Assembly (NCBI GenBank): GCA_000091205.1 | Contig: AP006502.2 | Reading direction: 5' to 3' (one strand) | Origin: Cyanidioschyzon merolae | Taxonomy: Eukaryota | Length of the DNA stretch: 64,000 nucleotides | In this document: positions 34,282 to 45,113 of the stretch, piece after piece | Layout of the letters: each line of letters starts with the position of its first letter | How positions within the stretch are numbered: position 1 is the first letter of the stretch | The notes under the pieces: model-generated | The model's input: only the letters and a program-made list of their open reading frames with translations | The model's database searches: none | Told to the model about the DNA's origin: nothing | Made by a program: the position numbers and the translations under genes

Positions 34282-35018
34282 AGGACCACCTTGAAGCTTT
34301 GAGCGAGGTGACGAGCCGAGGAGCGGACTTTGAAGCGTTTCGGAAATTCATGGAAGTTCGCGTTGCGCACTGGGATGCGCTGTGGGAGGATTATACCAAG
34401 CCCCGGTGGGCTCGTCTGCGTATGAATCTGTACTGCGGAAAGCAGCGTGCATTTGCGAACTTTTTCAATGAGTTGAGTGCCTTGAAGGAGGATGAAATTC
34501 AGAGGCTCGTAGCAGCGTACGGAGCAGGGCGCTGGAAGAACCGAAAAGGGACTACGCCAGCTCCAACGACCAGAACATACAAAGAGTGCGCACGGCGTTT
34601 CGTTACGATAGCTTTAGATGAGTCCCGAACGTCCTATACACACCATGAACTCGGGTGTGCGCTTCAGAGAGTGGACATGGAAAAGCGCCAGCGGAACCCT
34701 GAGGATATGAAAAAGTACGGACTGCTGACGGAGGAGCAAATGGAAAGGCGAGCGAAAGTTCGTGGACTACTCGCATTAGTAAGTACAACTATTGACGGCA
34801 AGAAACATATGGAGTATGTGAATCGTGACTGTAATGCCGCTATCAATATAAGGAGATGTGCGGTGATGGAGGAAAGACCTCCGGCGTTGACACGAGAGAA
34901 TTTTATGGGGCAACCTCTGAAAGCCGAACTATATGAGACAAAATTTGAAGCAGAAGTTCGTGGCCGGTTCAAAAAGACGGGTAGGCGTCTGCACGTCAGT
35001 CGGAGACGTCTAGTCTAG
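34278..35018 (+). CDS. Fanzor/TnpB-like nuclease, RuvC-II / degenerate zinc finger / RuvC-III segment (copy 1)
   Basis: 246-aa ORF. VTIALDESRTSYTHHELGC is the RuvC-II Glu (34619-34621) followed by a degenerate TSxxCxxC finger. EYVNRDCNAAINIRRCAVM is the hallmark RuvC-III motif (Asp at 34827-34829). Basic tail RFKKTGRRLHVSRRRLV. Confidence 0.7.
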   Translation: MKDHLEALSEVTSRGADFEAFRKFMEVRVAHWDALWEDYTKPRWARLRMNLYCGKQRAFANFFNELSALKEDEIQRLVAAYGAGRWKNRKGTTPAPTTRTYKECARRFVTIALDESRTSYTHHELGCALQRVDMEKRQRNPEDMKKYGLLTEEQMERRAKVRGLLALVSTTIDGKKHMEYVNRDCNAAINIRRCAVMEERPPALTRENFMGQPLKAELYETKFEAEVRGRFKKTGRRLHVSRRRLV

Positions 35019-35068
35019 GGCGCGTCGCTCGCCACTACTGTACACGGTCGGCATCGTTCGACTCTAGA

Positions 35069-36097
35069 ATGGCGTTCAGCGGAAGTTCGCCTGAGCGAGA
35101 GCGCTCTGGGAGTTGGATACCGAATGGATCCGAGTCCTTTTTCGGGAGTGAAGGATCAGAGGCACCTGAGGGCGCTGAAGGTCTGGGCACCGTATACACA
35201 CCGGTGCTCAATGCGGCCCAACGAGCGAAACTAGAAGCGCTTTCGGAGCTGGTGCGCTCTGCCGCCGAACTAAATCTCACGCCGACCGAAAAGGCCTGGA
35301 TGGATGAGGCGTGCCTATCCCGGTTTCTACGGGCGCGACGATATCACGTTCAAAAAGCGTTCCGGCAGCTGCACGAAACGATTGTGTGGCGGCGCAGTTT
35401 CGGGGTAGAGCAGTTGATGCTCGATCCCGAGCTCGCGGACGTCAAGCGCCAGTCTGAGACCGGCAAGTTGTATGTGCACGGTAAAGACCGGTTTGGTCGA
35501 CCAGCAGTCTTCATGAAACCGCGACTGCAGAACACCAGTGAGCGGAAAACGGCTCACGAACAAATGAGGCAGCTTGTGTACACGCTCGAACGAGCTGTTG
35601 CGGAGATGATGCCGCCAGTCGAGAAAATCTGCCTCGTGATTGACTTTCCCGGTTATTCGTTGCGAAATGCACCGTCTATTAAAGTACAGCGACAGACGTT
35701 GAAGATTCTCCAAGACTACTATCCGGAGCGCTTAGGATTCGCTGTTTGCATTGATGCACCGGCAATTTTCTGGACATTTTTTGAGATTGTCAAACCATTC
35801 ATCGATCGGCGAACATCCGCAAAAATACAGTTTTGCAGTCGAAAGGCGAAAGAAGGCACCAAACAAAATATGCGGACGCTGATGAATCAATTATTTGACC
35901 CAGAGGCGCTGGAAATCGAACTCGGCGGGCGAAGCGCTTGGCGATACTCCAATGAGGAATACTTTCGCGAACGAGTGCTTCCTGAGTATTTGAGAATTAA
36001 ATCCTATCCAGAGCGCGTGGAAATGATTCCTTGTGCTGAGGAGGACGTTAATAATACACAGGACGTTTTCTACGACAGCATGAGCTGCCTCGATTGA
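35069..36097 (+). CDS. Sec14-like phosphatidylinositol/phosphatidylcholine transfer protein (CRAL-TRIO domain)
   Basis: 342-aa ORF. CRAL-TRIO N-terminal helices (ACLSRFLRARRYHVQKAFRQLHETIVWRRSFG) and lipid-binding domain (GKDRFGRPAVFMKPR...ICLVIDFPGYSLRNAP...ERLGFAVCIDAPAIFWTFFEIVKPFIDRRTSAKIQF). Confidence 0.8.
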   Translation: MAFSGSSPERERSGSWIPNGSESFFGSEGSEAPEGAEGLGTVYTPVLNAAQRAKLEALSELVRSAAELNLTPTEKAWMDEACLSRFLRARRYHVQKAFRQLHETIVWRRSFGVEQLMLDPELADVKRQSETGKLYVHGKDRFGRPAVFMKPRLQNTSERKTAHEQMRQLVYTLERAVAEMMPPVEKICLVIDFPGYSLRNAPSIKVQRQTLKILQDYYPERLGFAVCIDAPAIFWTFFEIVKPFIDRRTSAKIQFCSRKAKEGTKQNMRTLMNQLFDPEALEIELGGRSAWRYSNEEYFRERVLPEYLRIKSYPERVEMIPCAEEDVNNTQDVFYDSMSCLD

Positions 36098-37373
36098 GTC
36101 CAGCACCACAGGGCCCCGTTGATTTTGCTGTTTACTTGTTCAGTGGGCAAACGAAGCGCTGATAGAATCAGAGTCCTTCGATATCATGATCTGCGTAGCG
36201 TACATCGGTCGTTGGAATTCGTGCGTAGGGAGGATCAGCGACGCTCGAGATACCACGCTCGATGGATATGGAGTTCGATCAGATTTCCGATACGGTATGC
36301 TCTTGACGGATGATGATCAGCGCTTCGAGCTATGAAGGAAATATCGCTTATCAATGATGCGCAGTGTTCGGTTTTAGGCGCAAGGTGCCTGATCATGGAG
36401 CGTGCAGTGGATTCTACTGCACGCAGAGCGATTCGGAATGGTTTTTGAGATGCCAGCACGGTCGCAGCAGGCACTCCTAGAGAATGGTGATACCGAATGC
36501 CGATATGGCGCAATGTGACGACACGAATGTATTCGTTTCGGATGATCTCGGTGTGCACGTCAGAAGCGATCTCGCAGGATGCAACTCGCTTCGTGCGGAT
36601 GTATTGCGCAAGCCGCGGCGCGTTTCAGGAACGACTTGCGTGGGCCCATTCGCAAAGTTTACGAAATCATGCATTGTGCCCAATGCTCGAGTTCCAGCTT
36701 CTAGGTGCTGCAGTCGAACGCCACTCCTGTATCCAGAGAATCATGTTCGGAGGCATATCGAGCTGGCTGTACAGCGGTCTCTTCAAGACGAGTTTTATTA
36801 AAGCCACTGAGTGCATTCGCAAGCCGCTTCGTTTATTTGCGAGCCGCCCAGGTCAACCTTTTTTCAACTCATGGCCTCAGCGAAGTTCATCGAAAAGACA
36901 AACGGGCGCGGGGACACCCCGCAGCACCTACATGGGTACCGGCTTGGAAGCTTCTTGTCAAATAAATTGCGGTACTCGTCATTCGACATCCAGCAACGTC
37001 ATAGATAACGTTCCTGTTGGAAGCTGCGCTCTCGATGGAGTCCGCATCCCCTTTTCAGGTTCCGGAAATTCATGTAAAATAATTTTCCGCGAATAACGCT
37101 CTGCGGACCACGCCTTATCCGATAGCACGTCGAGGCAGGAATCGCGTCGTGTTGAAAACGCAATATGCTCATCCGAATACAAAGCTGAATATAACCTTAT
37201 ACAGTGTGACATAGCTGCTTCCACTCGAATATTGCTACACCTGTGTCAGCATAAATTGGAACGTATTCACTTGGGCAACTCGGGCCTGCTCACTAGAGTC
37301 TAGGTGTCTTCCAATTGTTATCAACACTAGGCTTTGCGGGCTCGTTATCCAACTACCTTCTTTTCCTCACTCT

Positions 37374-37556
37374 CTAACCTCTCAACTTATAACACATCGG
37401 CCTCTCCGTGTCATGCCGCTGCATTGGCACCAGTCGCAGGATCCTGATAGCGGCATTCGAGTCCCGAGTTGGCTGCTGACGGCAGCTGTCGACGCATTGC
37501 ATGCACCGACGGAAGTTGCGACCGATGCCCCGCGTCCCATGTTCATCTATTCGCAT
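37374..37556 (-). pseudogene. remnant homologous to the N-terminal segment of the Fanzor-like gene (inverted copy); body downstream is lost
   Basis: MQCVDSCRQQPTRDSNAAIRILRLVPMQ aligns with MKDIDNSAKLYNRFLYAAISILRFLKTA of copy 1. Nucleotide homology with 33700-33800 is visible (cttccgactgttcatg vs cttccgtcggtgcatg). It is followed by AT-rich non-coding sequence. Confidence 0.4.
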
Positions 37557-38256
37557 GGAGCCGCAATGCGCTGTTCGCAGTGCAGACGCACCTGACTACG
37601 GTCAGCTGTTCCCATTTGTGCACGAGCACACCTGCTCCACCTGCGAGCACCGCCCCGTACAGTGTCGACGCTGGCTTCGGCACCCAGCACATACCGTTCC
37701 CAGGTGCAAAAGCCTCGCCTCGATACCCTCCTGCGTCTTGGTGCCCAGCGCTATACCTTACAAGCAATGGCTTTGTCTGGGCGATCCCCACGGCGTCTAC
37801 TCGGTCTGTTGCACATGCAAGTGCGCGCTGTTCCATGCAATCATGAATTTGTGATTCCTCATATCGTCCATATGGAAAAAAGTACCGGAACGAAAATCCA
37901 GTCTGGAGTTCATGTCTAGAAATTTCGATCAGTCTGCGCTTCCGGTTCCGAAAGTGGATGTACGCTCCGTTCGTAGCGATCGTTTCGATGACTGGTGTCC
38001 GAGTCCTTAACCATTCTTCAGGCACACAGAAGAGATGAGAGACTCGTGATGCATATCTTGTGAGTGGTATCTTGATGGTGCTGGCGGATGCCGTTTCGTC
38101 GATGGTCACGTACAGCGGAAGATTTGCTTTTCGGCGGAATCGATCATTCGACGTGACCAGCTCAGTGAACATGCGGCACGAGCGCATGAAATATTCATCT
38201 GGGGACGACGTAGAGTCTTGCTCGTCGTCAATGCAGTAGAGCGATTTGCCGTACAA
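37543..38256 (-). CDS. paralogue of the repeat-encoded ORF 33028-33579, longer (237 aa) because TGG replaces the TGA of the other copy
   Basis: About 98% identical over 175 aa to ORF 33028-33579. Reads through 47 more residues, then is frameshifted relative to the downstream homologous segment. Confidence 0.4.
   Translation of the reverse strand: MYGKSLYCIDDEQDSTSSPDEYFMRSCRMFTELVTSNDRFRRKANLPLYVTIDETASASTIKIPLTRYASRVSHLFCVPEEWLRTRTPVIETIATNGAYIHFRNRKRRLIEISRHELQTGFSFRYFFPYGRYEESQIHDCMEQRALACATDRVDAVGIAQTKPLLVRYSAGHQDAGGYRGEAFAPGNGMCWVPKPASTLYGAVLAGGAGVLVHKWEQLTVVRCVCTANSALRLHANR
37636..38216. repeat. right arm (near-identical core) of the large inverted repeat; partner at 33047-33626
   Basis: Reverse complement matches 33047-33626 with very few mismatches. 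Flanks diverge on both sides. Confidence 0.85.
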
Positions 38257-41200
38257 CGAGTTGCCTTGAAACTGAAAAATCGAAAACGTGACATGTACGT
38301 GATTCGAGCAAGCTGCACAACTCTAAAGAAAAAGCGTACAGGCTTGTACGTATGACTCGGATGATCAGATCGGTTATAGCACGATTCTTTGTTTACGCGT
38401 TACGTGAATCATCTTGATTCCTGTCATGTAATGAATGCTGGTGTAGCATAGATAGAGCGAGCACTAGTGACGAAATGCATATTAGGTATGCATCTTTCAA
38501 TATGCCATATGCATGACAAAATACTGCACATAAGATTATCCGATCCAATGAGCGCTAGATGTGGCGTATACCTGTGCTCGATCCCGAACTGGAGCGCGAC
38601 GCATTCGCGCTGCACCGCCGGCGATAGCGTACAGCAAGTTCGGGTGTCCAACGCACACGTACTGCATACCATACGCTTGCCACATTCGTGAGCGCGCGTT
38701 GATGCTCCAGTGCCATCGCGGCATCATCTCGAATACGCAACCATCGTGCGTACGCATTCGCAACGCTCCCAGCGGGCGCCGGTCATCGCCTTTGGAACCG
38801 CTTCTTGAGCTGGGCTTGATGGCGTCTTTCAATTTATTGATGGAGTAACATCCCACGATTGACACCATAATCGTTCACCAAATGCTCAAGAAAACCGCTC
38901 CTGGGGTAAATATACGGCGGTCACGCCTTGCTGGATTTCCGACCATATCACACGAATACCGTGCTGCAGGCGGAAACCCAATGCCCTTTCTACTGGCCAC
39001 TGAGTTCGGTCGTCGCAGGTCTCCGTCGTTTTGGGACAATGACCAGATCGAATACTAAGCGTTTCCTTCGAAAATTCTCCGGAGTCAAAGCATCTTGACG
39101 TTCTAGATGCATGAGTCATTTCCGTATATCGGTGGAGGTAATGAGATTTCTTTGCAGAGGATACTTATGTGGGCAAGGTTACAGCGGGAATCACTCTAGA
39201 GTAGCGTCTGTCGTCTCCCATTGCCTCGTAAGCTGGCATTCGCTCGGCCTGCCGCATACGACCTCGTGCATCTGGATCTGTTTCACGCGCTTTGTCTCTA
39301 AGTTTCACAGCGGACATTCACGCCTTTGATGCATGTATGACGTCCTGTAAGTTTCGATGGGAATCGTATAGAATTGACCCCTAGATTCGCAGGATGTTCT
39401 CGTCGTCAAAGGAGCAAAAGTCCAGCACCATGGTCTACCACAAACCACCGCGGCGTGTCGATCGTATCCTTGTCTAGCCCACGGAGCAACTTGGCGAATA
39501 CACGATTCCTACCTCCGTACAACCGAGACGGTTGGCGACACCAGCGCAGTCGCCTGAACTCATGCTAAGGATCGTTCGCAGCAGCGACTTGGGTGCTCGA
39601 CGACACTTGACTGAAGCGTACGGAGCATTCGCTTCTGCTCGATTCGGCGGTCAGCGCGTCCAGATGGGTCATTGCGTCGTCGTTCCACTCGTTGGTATGT
39701 CTCCCGGTGTCCATGATTTTCGATATCCCATGCAACCGAGCAATGGAAAAACCAGGCAGTTGTTCAACGTTTTTCCCGAGCATCAGTTGGCACACGAAAA
39801 ATCTGACTGAAACATTCGAGAGGAATGTAGACAGATGGCAGCTCCGCCTCTGGAATTCCTATGCTATGCATCAATCCTGCCCTAAGAACCGGTTCGCTAC
39901 CGCTTGCGCACGCGCAGCAGAGCAATACAGCAGCCCAAAGCTGTTGAAGGCAGAGAGGAACTTGCCTTTGGAACTTTGAGCTTAAAAGAATAGTTCGACA
40001 ACAGAGAAGACGCCCACGATGGATTTGATCCAGAGAGGATGCCTCGGTACGTAGGATGACTTGATACCAAGCTCAACTGTGCACTACATGACCGCTGTAC
40101 GGTCATGGACAGCGATGTTGCGTACGATCAGGACATAAATATGTGGCAAAGAGAAGCCACGGAGTGCATCAGCAAAGCATTTGGTGTCGAATGATCTCGC
40201 CCGTTTGGCGACTTGTGGTCCACTGAAACTTGAATCGCACGCTAGAGCTGATGCTGTCGGAATGCTCGGTTTTCTATTCCTTGTGAACAGTTGTTTGCCG
40301 TCCTTGGAACACTTATAGATAGGTCTGCCATATTCCCATGGCGCATGCTCGTCGCCCGAGACAAAAGGTAGGCTCTCCTGGAACACGCGTTCGCGTTCCC
40401 GCTCGAGATCGATTGTGTGCCGGGCATCGGACAGCGCTCCACCACAGAGACATGCGCTTTTGGTTGCCCATACGTGTGTCTTAATCACCGGTGCTCCCAA
40501 TGGTATAGATACTTCACAACTCCGAGCTTCCTGGATAGTATTTCGAACAGAACATTTGGAGTGGAGTGTCTTGAGAAGGAAACAGTGATGTGGATAGATT
40601 CTGATGCATTCTGGTTTCGCAGCACGATTGTCAAGATCGCGACTTCAAGAAGGGTGCATCATTTACCAGCTGACCAAAGATTAACCGGTTTCCGCGAGTA
40701 AGGCCAGTTTTCGGAACCCAGCGATAGCAGTACAAAGTCTTTCGGCTACCTAAACCCTATGTGCAGAACCAAACTTGTTCTGCTGAATACCTGCGAGGGA
40801 AACGAACAAAAACGAAAAACAAGTGTGCTGGCACACGAATTCCAGAATGCACTTATCTGCGTATAACGTTGCTTACATGTAGCATACATCACCGTAGTAC
40901 AAAAAATACGGTCGACGACTTGTCCGGTTTCCCGCATGCTCGAGACACTGACGCCTGCAACGGAAGGATTCGTTTAACCGAAATGTCCATCCGCGGCACA
41001 CGCAGAAGCGGCATGACACCAGGCCCGTTCCGGAGAGATTTGATGCATCCGAATTCCCAATCGAGGGACATTGCGATGCCGTGCGACTCACCCAAGACCA
41101 CGAGGCCTTGCGCCTTACACGACGGTGACCTGCTTTCCTGAAAGATCTCTCAATTTATGGGCGCATCATCGCAGTCTCTTCTCGTGGATCGAGAAATTCG

Positions 41201-43205
41201 TCGCATGCCAGAAGCGAGAGTCACGCGCGCAGCAGTTCCTACGCATCCCGCGCGCCGCGCGCACCCAGTAATGTCTACGACATGCGCCCTGCCCATGTTC
41301 CAGGCGAGCGCGAGCAGCCCAAAAATACACTTCCATGACCCGAACGGAACCTCCTCGTGCTAAACGACCGTAAATCTCCGCGCAAAACGCTCCTCCTACA
41401 TGACAGAGCGACATCCAACGTGCCCTCTGCCAGAAAAAAAAAGTCCAATTCAGCGCATGCGCTAGCATCGCCCGCGCCGTGTCTCTTCTTCTCAGCACGT
41501 GTCTGTGTCGTGCGCACCTCTGCATCAGTCAGAGCGCAACGACGCCTTTCGGTATCGATGAAAAGTCTGTAAGAGGCATTGCCGAAGGCAGCAGCGCATC
41601 CGCACCTCCCGAAATCGAGACAAAGCCGTCGCATCCAGGGCATACTGCTCCAACGCACAGCACATCAAGTCTCGCTATCGCTTCCTCATGTAATAGAGGC
41701 GCTTTAAATGATACATGACCGTACTCTTCGGCTTCTTGTTGACTGTCGCGCTCGCTCTGGCCTTTGCTTGTGCAACGCACTCCTCGAGCGCTGCTTTATC
41801 CTTCGCACAAGCAGCCTCATTGAACTCGTTTGCCCCCAGACACTGTAAAAAGCTAATTAACTCGGAGGTGCACACCGGGCCGTGCCTTACGAGGCGCTCG
41901 ATCTGGGAGCGCTTCGGTAGCGCCAGCTCCCTGGTGTTGCTCTTGACCATGCTTCACTCTGTGCAAACCCAACGCACCAAGAACAAGAGAAAGCAACCCG
42001 ACGGAAGTGTAGCAGCCAAGTGGAGCTTGCTCCAGTTAGCCGCGAGCGTGCGTGGGCAACGCTGAGCTCTAGCGGCTGCCGCCTCGACAACCTGGACCTC
42101 AAACCCTGCGAAAGAAAGGTTTATGAATGCACCCCGCCCCGCCGCCGGTGGCGTACCAAACCAGCACGTCGTCTGCGGCACGGGCAGGGGTGGCGCTCAG
42201 AGGCGGCCCGCGCGCCATACCCCATAACATGGGATTGGTGCTTTTCTTTTGAGAATGATTCTTCTCCCAGATTCTGTGAAGTGATGAACGGGAGATGTCA
42301 GACTCTATGTCTGAAGAGCGGTACGCCTTGTGAGAAGCATGGAAGTAGTGCGTACGCAAAGCTTTCATGAAAGGCCGCGTTCATCGAGTTCTGATCCAGG
42401 ATCTGAGCGTTCGTTCACTGCGCACTGGTTAGCTGCAGCAACACCCTGCAGTATTGGAAGACGGCTCCGCAGTCCACCAGCTGCGAAAATGTTGCGGAGT
42501 GAATGTTCCAGCATGTCCTCAAGTCCGATATCTGGTTTGCGTCCGAGCGCACGCGGCACCACCCGTGTCTAGAGCTGCGCTCTGTAGCTTGCGACGCCGG
42601 GTTGCCACTATTCAAGGCGGTAGGCGCTGTTTTCCCTTTTCCCCTCTGCATACCCGAATATCATGTACCTCGGCTGTCGCCCGTGGAATCCCTGATCCCT
42701 CAATACTCCTCTGAATAGACCAGTGAACGCCACTACGAACGCGCCTTGCTACCCGCGCTGCAGCGCACGAGCACTGGACCCATAGCGTCCACCTGTCTCT
42801 GGATACGGATAACCGCCGCACCTCTGCGCGAGAGGTCTGTACTTCGACGCATCGATTCAGCACCATAACGCGAACCGTCCAGGAGCATCGTACCCGCCGG
42901 GAGCCTGGCAGCTCCGCCACGCTGCCGCATAGGCTGCACGAGCTGCGACAGACGTTGTCGATGTGACGTCCAGGCTTACCAAAGCGCATGCACATTCATT
43001 GGCGGCACTCTTATGCCGTCTACGCTAAATGAGCGCATCACGTACCGGTCGGCTGCACGGGGCGCTGTGCAATCAGACTTTTACGTTGAGCGAATGATGT
43101 CTCCATGGTCGAGCAGCGCTGCTGCGACGCACCCTCAGTCCCAGTGGCGAAACGTGTTTTTTGGCCTCGAGGGCCTGCACGTGCCAGCCAGATAAAAATT
43201 CGTGC

Positions 43206-45113
43206 CTATCCAATGCGGGCAAAGAGCTTGAATATATCACCAGTAACAAAATTATTGTCGACGACGTTCACCAACCAGAATGTCTCTCGGATGTGTTCTA
43301 TCAGTGCATACGCGCGACGCTCCTCCGGCGTTCCGTTTTCGGGATCGTAGATCGAGGACCAGTTCTGTTTCCATAGGGCAAACGCCTCTTTGCTCCATAC
43401 TTTGAAACTTTCTGGGCAGACAACAGTCGGTTGGATGACTTCACGATCGGGGAAAATACCCCAAGTGACTGCGTTTGTGCGCGGCTTCCTGACGTTCGTG
43501 CGCAGGTCGCCACGACTATTGATCGCATAGATCGATAGCGACCCGAACTCGGGCGTGTTTCCGCGGACTGCGTCGAGGAGCTGTATCATCCGCTCCTCAG
43601 AACAGAAAAATTCAACGTACGCTTTCTGGTAAACGTAGCCGCCAGCGCCGCCCCAGCCGACCGTGACATCCGTAGATGGTGCACCATTCACCCTGGGCTG
43701 CGAATTAATGGTCAGAAATCCTTGCCAGTTCATCCGCTCGAGCGCAGCTGCGATCAAATTCGTCTCATTGGCAAGCGGCTCGGAAGCCCAGGGGAACGGC
43801 GCTTTCGTCTCACCACGTAAAAACTTGACAAAGACCGCGGAGACGTCGTGGAGATTCTGCGGCGTGCCGAGGGCCTCGCGCATGCGCTCAAGTTGGTCGG
43901 CCGTGTAGAGACCTCCACCACCCAACAGATGATGCTCTCTGAGCTCACCATACGCCGGAGAGCGAGAATCGCCCCAGCGACCATTCGGGAAATCATCCCA
44001 GGTCTCGGTGCGAAGGAGGTAACTCGCAGGTCGATTGGCCCAGAATATTGGACGCACATCTTCGGAGCGGCGTCCGTCAATCGTGGCAGGTCGCCAGGGC
44101 AACGCGCGCACTGACTCGAACTTGGGCACCAAGCCGAGGTTTTCTAATATGGAAACCGTGGCTTTTTCCAGGTTGAGCGTGTAAAAGTGGAGGCCTAGTG
44201 AGAGTTTCGAATTCAGAATACGTCGACACATTTCAGTGCCGTATTCGATACCAAAGTTCTTGACCGCCTCCTCGTCGTCTTTGAGGCGCTCGACGGTCTC
44301 GGCGACCGCTTCGGGGACGTGCGTTCGACAGAATCCAGTCATGCGCTTGAAACCCGAATAAGACTGGATTGGCAAGATACCCGGAAGTATAGGCACTTGG
44401 ATACCGATACTGCGGCAGTCCCGGACAAAGCGCAGAAACTGATCAACATCGTAGAACATCTGCGTGATGATGAGGTCCCCACCGGCATCAACTTTTTCCT
44501 TGAGGTAGTTGAGTTCTTGTTCGTATGTCAGTTTGCCGTCAAGGAGCCCCGCTGGATGTCCTTCTGGGTAGCCAGCAACGATCAGACAAAAGTAGTCACC
44601 ATAGACTTTCCGAACGTGGCGCACGAGGTCGCTCGCATGCGCAAAGCCGTCTTTGCACTGCCGCCACTCCTGGCCAACCGGCGGATCACCGCGCAGACTC
44701 ACGATATTCCGGATACCTCGTTTCCGTGCCTCCTCAAGTGCTTTATCGACCATACCCTCTTCCATATTCGTACAGGTCAAATGCATGGCCACATCGAGTC
44801 CGAAAAACTTTTGGATGTTTCCACTCAGTTCCAGTGTCAGGTCGGAGGTGCTGCCCCCGGCACCCCAGGTGACATCAACGAAAAGCGGCTCTAAGCGCGA
44901 CAGGCGTGCGATCCGCTCATACAGTCCTAGAAGTCCTTGCTCGGTTTTTGGCGGAAAGAACTCAAAGCTATAAAACCGTTTACCTTCCTCCACACAGTGG
45001 GCAATCTTGTCCTTGATTTGGGGAAGCTCACGAACGGTCGGCTCACGGAACGCGGCCACACTGTTTCGACTTTCCGGCCGCTTGGGGCACTCCACCTCAA
45101 CGGTGCCGTTCAT
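43206..45113 (-). CDS. MTHFR: methylenetetrahydrofolate reductase (eukaryotic type with C-terminal regulatory domain)
   Basis: 635-aa ORF. SFEFFPPKTEQG...FVDVTWGAGGSTSDLTLE...MHLTCTNM...IRNIVSLRGDPP...GDYFCLIVAGYPEGHP closely matches human MTHFR / yeast Met13. Long C-terminal regulatory domain present. Confidence 0.92.
   Translation of the reverse strand: MNGTVEVECPKRPESRNSVAAFREPTVRELPQIKDKIAHCVEEGKRFYSFEFFPPKTEQGLLGLYERIARLSRLEPLFVDVTWGAGGSTSDLTLELSGNIQKFFGLDVAMHLTCTNMEEGMVDKALEEARKRGIRNIVSLRGDPPVGQEWRQCKDGFAHASDLVRHVRKVYGDYFCLIVAGYPEGHPAGLLDGKLTYEQELNYLKEKVDAGGDLIITQMFYDVDQFLRFVRDCRSIGIQVPILPGILPIQSYSGFKRMTGFCRTHVPEAVAETVERLKDDEEAVKNFGIEYGTEMCRRILNSKLSLGLHFYTLNLEKATVSILENLGLVPKFESVRALPWRPATIDGRRSEDVRPIFWANRPASYLLRTETWDDFPNGRWGDSRSPAYGELREHHLLGGGGLYTADQLERMREALGTPQNLHDVSAVFVKFLRGETKAPFPWASEPLANETNLIAAALERMNWQGFLTINSQPRVNGAPSTDVTVGWGGAGGYVYQKAYVEFFCSEERMIQLLDAVRGNTPEFGSLSIYAINSRGDLRTNVRKPRTNAVTWGIFPDREVIQPTVVCPESFKVWSKEAFALWKQNWSSIYDPENGTPEERRAYALIEHIRETFWLVNVVDNNFVTGDIFKLFARIG

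Larger units (their letters stand above)
33028..35100 (+). mobile_element. Fanzor/TnpB-like (OMEGA-family, IS200/605 OrfB-derived) element, copy 1: interrupted nuclease gene plus conserved 3' tail
   Basis: Co-linear frame-1 ORFs 33028-33579, 33754-34017 and 34030-34281, then the frame-3 ORF 34278-35018. RuvC-I, RuvC-II and RuvC-III motifs all present. The element boundaries are not defined; the 3' limit is set only by the SEC14-like start at 35069. Confidence 0.5.
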
